Both the position numbers and the translations under genes were made by a program. Shown here in pieces: positions 56,191 to 64,000 of a stretch of 64,000 nucleotides of DNA; positions within the stretch are counted from its first letter, which is position 1; each line of letters opens with the position of its first letter. The stretch lies in the NCBI RefSeq assembly GCF_009914755.1, contig NC_060945.1. One strand, 5' to 3'. The DNA comes from the human T2T-CHM13v2.0 reference genome, Homo sapiens. Below the pieces are notes generated by a model that ran no database searches, was not told the DNA's origin, and saw nothing but the letters and a program-made list of their open reading frames with translations.

Positions 56191-59100
56191 TCATGGATGG
56201 ACCCCTCACCAGGCCACCGAGACTCAACTGTGCCACGTCAGTGTCACGGGGGAGGCTGAACTTCGCCATCCAGCCCTGAACACAGGATCTCAGTGTTGTC
56301 TCAAATCAGCCCTTTTGCAGGCATGCACAGGGTGTCTAAGAGTCTGGTGTTAAGTTGAAAAGGTCTAATGTAGTGTTTTAAAGAGAAAAGGATTCTCCAG
56401 CCCCATAGTGGTGAGAAGTGACACAGAGTCACATTACATAAAATGACGAGGCCTGAGGTGATTGTGACAGTGAGGGTGACTCATTAATCCCAACACTGGG
56501 ATCCTCTGAGCTCTCCCTAGCAGGGTCTCAAATGTTTGAGTGAAAGACTGCAGCTAGAAGACTGACAAAACCACACTGAACTCACTAGGGCAACTGCCTT
56601 TATTTCCAAGGCAGCTTCCATCGAAGGGAGTGGCAATTCATATAATCACCAATTGCTGAAAGACATCTTTTCCACGTCAGATTGAAACCAGTTTTGCAGC
56701 CTCCTTAATGTAGGTGCTGTGGCTGAGGCAACTAGAGAAACAGTGGACGCCTCCCTGGCCCCACTTCCCAGTGCCTTAAAGTCTGAGAAAAACACTGATT
56801 GACATTTCCAGGCTGCTGTATTTCCCTCACCAGCCCCAAACGCCCGATCCAGCTTCCTGCAACTGTGGCAAGGGCGTGAATGTCCCCAGGAGGCAGGTTG
56901 CAGAGTTGTTTAGATCCAGGACTGCATCCCAGTTTGTCCATCTGTGTGTCTATGTCTGAGTGGGCGAGTTGCTTCTCAGCTCTCCGCAGGACTCTGGTGT
57001 TGCTTGTTGCTTTGGCCTGGGGCTGATTCCTCCAAAGCAATGTGTCTCTTCGCAGAGTCTCTTAGAGCTGCAAGGCAGTATGGGATCATCAGAGAGGATG
57101 CTAGGAAGCTTCAGAAATGGAGGTCCTGGTAGAAAGGGTCCTTTGGCGTGGCCTCTGAAGAGTCCAAATGTGGGACAAGACCCTCCGAAAGCGGTGGCCT
57201 GGGGAGCCACAGGTGGGGCAGCCAGCACGGAAGAGGGTGGCTTTGCTACCATTGGGAAAACTTATCCTCCACATCCTCATGAGGCAAACACCTTTCCTAC
57301 CTTACCGCTCCTCAGTGGCCTCCCTGTTGCCTTCTTATTCAAGACTAAGACCCTCTAGAATGTTCTTTATCCTGAGTCCAGCTGATTGTCTATACTAATA
57401 TCAGTACGGGGTGTAGATGAGGACAACCAGTGTGCCTGGCTGCCAGGCACCCCCTCCCCAAACCCCAGGAGTTTCTGGAACATTCCAACTCTGCTTGAGG
57501 GTATCCATGCAGCATCTACTACTGTGAGCAGGTGGCCTGACCTGTGGAAAACTTCTATGATTCACCTGAGGGTAACTGCCCTTTGTGATTTGAAAGAATG
57601 ATGCTAACAGAAAGTGTTGTCATTTCTGAACTTTTCTGAACTCTGCAGCGAGTGCCAAATTCATGTATTTTAGGAGACCTACGTGGTTCTACATGTAGCT
57701 AAAACAATTCAGTAACCCCGCCGGCAATTCTGCAATAGTTCTTGGAGTGATGAAATCAAGAAGGAAGAGTTCTGCCTCCCCATTTAGAAACTGTTGAGCA
57801 GAAAGGTATAAGTCAGGCTTTTCCTATTACAGGTCTCCTTCAGTGTGAAGAGGAAGTTCAGTTTTCATTTATCTCTTGCGCCCTTTGAAGTACAGGCCTC
57901 TGTCTGCTTAATGGCCCAAACCGGGGCGACTACGATGAATTCCTTTTACATCAAACACAACCCTGTCTGAAAAGGCAGTAATATTTCTCAACATGTAAAC
58001 CTGCCACGACTTTGGTGTTTGCAAGCTGAAGATGGTTACCCAGTGTGGTTGCTAATGGAGCAAAAATGCGCATAGAGCAGGGAGCAGGTGGAGGTGACTG
58101 GGGACCCTCTGACAGGTTGTCTAGCCACAAACCCATCTCTTCTAATCCATTCTACTCACAGGGCAGGCTGTCTCCTGCAGCGGCCAACAGAGAAAAAAAA
58201 AACACAGAAAATGGAGATGGGAGAAAGAGAGGACAAGAAAGGAAGAAAAGATGAAACGTGGAGAAATAGCAAAAGGAAATGAAAAGAACTTTATTGCTCA
58301 GTTTCTTCTGCCTGACCCAATTATCAGATTTTGCATTTAAGTTTAAGACAGTAGATCAAACAGCGAGAGGCACTTTGTACTTCTGCCAGGAGACCATATG
58401 ATATCTCTCAGTGACTCTCCTGCATGCCAGGAACACGGACCCATGCCTCTTAGCTGGGTCTGCATATGGTGCAATGCATAAAAAAAAAACAGCAAAATTC
58501 ATAAATGACTGCACTCGTGGGTGATGTCCAGGATTTACAGCGCTTTATCAGTTAAAGCAAAAAAAAAAAAAAGGCCAGGCAGAATCTAATTATAACTTTC
58601 CACAAATAAGTCAAAAGTGGAATGAGAACTGAAAGAAAGACAAAAGACTGGTGTCACGCTTACTTTGCAAAATTGATCATCTTGAGGATTGTTTTATGTG
58701 GGATACAGAACATTTTACAAGGTATGGATCATATCTGTTCTGGGGATTTTGACATTTCTTGCAGTGACCATGTGCAGCCTCCATAGATGTGAAGGGCTGG
58801 ATGGCAGACGTTCATGTCTTCCTTCTCCAAGCTATGGCTTGCCTCCAGAGATAATTACTTTATGAACACACTTGTTATGCATTGAGATAATTTATGTGGG
58901 CTACGGTATTTAACACTTTTTCATGCCTTCAGATAAGACTTTGTGCAGCTAAATGAAATAGATGCTTTAGAAAGGTCTCTTTTCACTTCCCAGAATCATG
59001 GCAACATCAGGAAAAGGAACCTTTCACTTCAAGGCTGGGGGTATGTCAGGAGACGTGGTGGAGAGATATTCTACTCATCACAGCAGTTAGTTTTGGAAGC

Positions 59101-59579
59101 ACCACAGATGACTCCAACACCATTAAGGGTGGCGAAATCAGGTTGGCAATAGCAGCACTTACTTTTCCAAATTAAATCAGTTCATACGCTTTGCAGATTG
59201 TTCAAATTCAGCCCTTTTCCTGGGAGAAGACAGATGTGGCAGAAGAACAGGGGCACTGCTGTTTTATTCTGATCCTGGATGGCTGGGGTTTTAAGATTGG
59301 CCTTTGCCCTCAAAAGTCACCTTCAGCCTTCAGAAAAATCCTTCAGTGTTTTTTCAGCCCTCCACTTCCCTTCACCCTTTACATTTTACCTCACTGGGCT
59401 CCTACGTTGGTCAGAGGTCGTGTTCCACTTTGGTGCACTCTTAATGTGTGCATATTATTCTTTACATCTGCAAACTCATTTAATCCCCACACTAACCTTG
59501 TGAGGCAGGCACCATGGTTGTGTTCTTGTATGGACTATGATGGACCCACTGCACACTGATGAAAACCATGGCCTTATGT

Positions 59580-59692
59580 AGCAAGAGGTTAACAGTTGGT
59601 CAATCTGGGTGAAGAGTATACAGCCATTCTTTGTATTACTCTCGCAACTTTCCTGTACGTTCAAATTATTTCAAAATTAAAAGAAAAAAAAA
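59580..59692 (+). mobile_element. Old L1ME/MC-type 3' terminus
   Basis: aatctgggtgaagagtata...ctttgtattactctcgcaactttcctgtacgttcaaattatttcaaaattaaaag. Confidence 0.75.
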
Positions 59693-60297
59693 GGTCTCCA
59701 GAGCTAGATAAGTTTGGATTGCAGTAATGGCTCAACTACTTACTAGCTGTTTGTAAACTAAGGGTTTTATATCTATCGCCCATTTGATCCTCATAAACTT
59801 ATAAGGTTATGTTGGTATATAGTTTATGTAGGTATTATACATTTATTTCAGCTGTGTCCATGAGGAAACTGAGGCTCAGGGAGGTCGAAGAATGTGTCCA
59901 AAATGCCTGGGATTATGTATACTATGCTGTGCTTATCTACAGTTTGAATTGACTTATTAGTATTAGGCTCCTAGAGCTATGAAGAAATACAGTGTTAGAT
60001 CAGTTCTTTTTTATCAAAGAAGATTTTATGAGGACACACAGTAGCTGTCAATGAAGACTCTGATCTTAAAAGATATAGCATGTAACTTAAAATTTCTTAA
60101 CTTCCCTTAATTGATTTCTAAATAATAGATTGATAAGGAGAATCCTGGGAAAGGCCAAACATTGAGAATTTTGTTAATATTAATTCTTCCTTATAATCAC
60201 TCTAAAGAATGATAATTCTTTTGCTTTATCTTAAGAAGGTACTTTACTATCTGGATCATTTTTATCACCTTCCAGATACATTTAAAATTTTTATCAG

Positions 60298-60370
60298 CCA
60301 TCCATCCATCCATCCATCCATCCATCCATCCATCCAACCACCATCTATCTTATCCACCCACCCTTCCATC
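60298..60370. repeat. (TCCA)n microsatellite
   Basis: Direct inspection. Confidence 0.92.
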
Positions 60371-61639
60371 ATTTATTATGTATGGCGTACATACTATGAA
60401 CAAAGTCTTTGTCAAAGAAGGAAAGGTGCATATCTAGCCTTCACTGAAGTGAAGGAGGGAATACAGGCCTAACTACACCAGAAGGTAGGGCACAGGTTCC
60501 CATGTGAGGGCAAGAGATAGGGAGGTAAACTCCGGCAGCTCAGAGGGGACAGAAAGGCTTCTTTGGAGCCCATGAATTGCAACAATCAAACCTCAAGCAC
60601 CACATATTTTACAGAACAAGCATAACAACATGTTGTGTGGTTCACCAGTGCCTAATAAAGGATTTCTGTGGCCTACCCTGATGAAGCAGTGGATTGCACT
60701 GATGTCTTCACTGAGGAATGATCTCAGGCATGATTTTAATGACCCTTTGCAGGGTTATAACTGATCTCTTAGAGACCATAATTTTAAAAATATAGTTTAG
60801 AACACTTTCTCCTGAACACATTAACAGGCCAACTTTCAAGTTTATATGGCATTTTTATATCCACTACCCAAATCTTTCTGTAGTTCATTCCATTTATATG
60901 GCACCTGGATAAGCTCATTTTTACCAGAAAAACTGGAAATTTCACTGCCTGTCCTGCTCTGACTTTCAGATGACTCCTAAAATATTGAACTAAGGAGCCC
61001 AACATTGACCACTGGGGGCCTTGAATTCATACTTTTCATCTAGGGAAATGTCCATTTGGTTTCTGCCTTCATATCAATATTCTATGGCAAAACATTTTCC
61101 AATTCTATGGTAATTAAATAAATAGAAGTTTTACTAGGTTCCATGACAAATAACCTCTGGAAGTAAAAATTATTTATATCTCTGGCCTCATGTGTCCACT
61201 TGCTCATTATCTACTCAAAGAAATGTACAATATACATTGCCCTATACAGCAAACAAATGAAAATAACCAAAAGCAAACTCCTGTTCCTAAAAAGTATGGA
61301 TAAATGCAATTTTTGCTTTGTGCTTTGTCAAATGAATCATATGTTACCATCACTAAAGACATTTGCTATTTGATAGAATTCTGTTGTGAATCTTATCATA
61401 AAATAAAACATTTCTCTTGATTGATCTTCTGTATAAGCAAGGTGTTGAAATGTTAGGTTTAGAGAGACAAGACTTTCTACTTAAATGACCAAGTGGTTTG
61501 GGACTTTGCATTGATTAACTCTACAAAGAATGAGATTGGTGGTGTGCAGCCTTCCATACAGCAGGCATCATTTGGCAGGCATCTTCTTTTATAATAATCC
61601 CATTGTCCAGTTGCATGCAACTGGACCCACGGGTTGGAG

Positions 61640-61920
61640 AGAGCCTGATGCTCCCTTTGACTTTTCTCCCTCAACATCTTGCTCTGGGTGAGATCATTAA
61701 TCTATTATTTTTACATTAGTGACTCCCAAATTCATGTCTCCAGCCCAGAACTATTTCCTTGGAATTCTAGACTGACATTTCTGGAGAACCTTGAGAGCTC
61801 TTGTTGTGTACTTCATGGAATCCTCAAAACCAATATATCCCAAACTAATCACTTGAATGGATTCCCCAGCTCACTAGAGATAGGCAGTAAGGCTCTTTCT
61901 CCCTCCATCTGTCTCTTAGA
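61640..61920 (+). mobile_element. LINE-2 fragment
   Basis: gtgactcccaaattcatgtctccagcccaga...ctcaaaaccaatatatcccaaactaa. Confidence 0.65.
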
Positions 61921-63750
61921 GACTATCTCATAGTTTTCAGTCCTGCATGCTTATATGGACAAAGGGAGGAGGCAGATGTAGGAATCTTTTATTCAGGCCC
62001 CTCACATCTCTAAAAGATAGTCCCACTTTGGTGCCTGTGATGTTATATTGTAGTGGTTGGTGTATTTGATTGTCTCCCTTGCTACATAGTTATCATGCCA
62101 AGGACAAATTTTTGTCTGTGAATGGAGAAGAACGAGGGAAGCTCAAATCCCTGCAACGTACTGGCTTCCTGACCTGGATTGGACAAGTCACATAATCTTT
62201 CCAGGACTAATCCAGTGTCATCATGTGTGGGAAATTTTTGTATGTGAATTTTATGATACTATACATATATAAGTGATTTTTAAGAGGCCATTTATTTTCT
62301 CTTACAGTTTTCCAAACTTTGCATGTATTGATATAATAAATGTTTTATCACTGATCCAATCCATTCTTCATGCATTCATCATTACAATCCTCCTATAAAT
62401 CTGCTTGTAAATCCCAAGTACTAGTTTAATTTACCAAGAGAACAACACAAACCTCCCTCCATGTCATAGAAAACTCAGTTTGGAGACACTTTATATTAAA
62501 CCTTATTCCCAAATGTCATCACCACCCAGGGCAAATGGCTCATCTGACACTGTTAGCTTCTAAGGAACATTTTAATCCTTTCTACTATTGCCAGCATAGC
62601 ACATGAATGACACCAAATCCACTACAAGTCTCCAGGGAGAAATGCATCGCTGATATGATGGCTTTATCTACATTTACACATTGAGGGGAAAATTGAGCTT
62701 GTTTTCATACTTCCACAAGTGCACTCTTCTAGCCCACTTTGCCTTTATTATCTCAATATTTCTGATGAATCGGAATTTTGGCCTGGATTATCCAAAGAAT
62801 TGTTTCAGATCTCTTTGCCTCCACACGTAGATGGAGCTTTAGGCTATGCTCCTCCCACCCCTTCATAAATTCATGGCTTTTCAAAAATTTTCTTCTCTGT
62901 TTTCGTAAAAGCCAAGTGCAAAGAGAGAAACTAACTGATTGTACTTCTTCTTGATATGCCTGATAGTTTTCTGTCATCTTAATCATCACACGAGCAAGAC
63001 TACTCAACACCCAGGCCTTCTGAGATCCGAACAATAAGTAACCACCAGTCACCTCCACACAGGCTGGCCAGGGGTGCTCATGGGGCAGAGTCCATATTAG
63101 CTGAAGACTTGCCTGTCCTCTGCCAGGGAACTCTACGGAAACGAGGGCAAGCTTTGCATGAAACCCCATTTGCAAACCGAAACCGTGAAAAAAAAAAAAA
63201 GGTGGTTCAGTGTGGTTTTTACTCAAAACCAGGTGAAGCTTTGTGGTTCAGCCAAGTTTTGACTTGAAGCCGGAGAGAGCTCACTGTGTTTGGCTGGACC
63301 TTGTTTTACATTTCATGTTCCATTTGGTTCTGTTTCCCAAACCTGAAACTGAGGGTTCAGATGAGGGGCACAAAATGAATAAAATGAAGTTGACATGAAA
63401 TGTGGTGTAGATGAAGACAGCACCAGCTTTGTGATGCCAACTCCTGCTCCTGCTCTCTGCCGGCACTCCTTCTAGAAACGGCCTTCCCCACACTAAGTAG
63501 TTCCCTGGGACTTTTCTTTAAGGAACAGAATGATTAACACTATACAAAAATAGCAAAGGCTATTTTGCTCTTGTTTATTTTAACAGATCCATTAACAAAT
63601 CTGTTTTTGTGAGTCAGCCATTGAGACTTTTGAGGAAAACATTTTAAGTAACAGACTGTGACGTTATAATGGCATGAATTTATTTAATATGTTTTAAATA
63701 TCTACTATGTGCTAGAAATTTTAACTTATTAAGTTCTCACCGTATTTTAT

Positions 63751-63930
63751 AGATGTGGAAACTAGGCTCAGAGTGATTGGATAAATTGCCCATATGCTAA
63801 AAGAGAAGGCAAGCAAGTGTAATACTAGGCAGAGCCAGCTAGATGTGGAAACTAGGCTCAGAGTGATTGGATAAATTGCCCATATGCTAAAAGAGAAGGC
63901 AAGCAAGTGTAATACTAGGCAGAGCCAGCT
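63751..63930 (+). repeat. Perfect 2 x 90-bp tandem duplication within an antisense MIR-like sequence
   Basis: 63751-63840 is identical to 63841-63930. Confidence 0.99.
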
Positions 63931-64000
63931 AGTAAGTGGTGGAGGAAAAGACTTCCCCCTGGATCTTTTCCCTAGCTATTTTCATTAGACCTCAATACCT

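Overview
Primate (very likely human) intronic or intergenic genomic DNA. I recognise no protein-coding gene, structural RNA gene, CpG island or prokaryotic-type system. The window holds 14 Alus (most with readable target-site duplications, TSDs), two L1PA 3' ends, older L1M, L2 and MIR fragments, five solo LTRs (four MLT1, one LTR16/33-like), hAT-Charlie DNA transposons (MER3, MER5, MER20, MER117-like) and microsatellites. The supplied ORFs are repeat-derived or chance; only those at 40.2-40.9 kb and 47.2-47.8 kb resemble a known protein (dead L1 ORF2p C-terminus). The best-supported unusual structures are mutational: (1) a two-layer rearrangement at 16.9-20.6 kb, where an old 2-kb-offset duplicate was later split by a 360-bp insertion copied from about 1.2 kb downstream; (2) an L1 at 40.1-41.2 kb with a twin-priming 5' inversion and an apparent mini 3' transduction; (3) a perfect 90-bp tandem duplication at 63.75-63.93 kb. 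Candidate enhancers and non-coding exons are speculative. I could not identify the locus and found no evidence of a new biological system. Subfamily names are from recalled consensus sequences; boundaries of old repeats are approximate.
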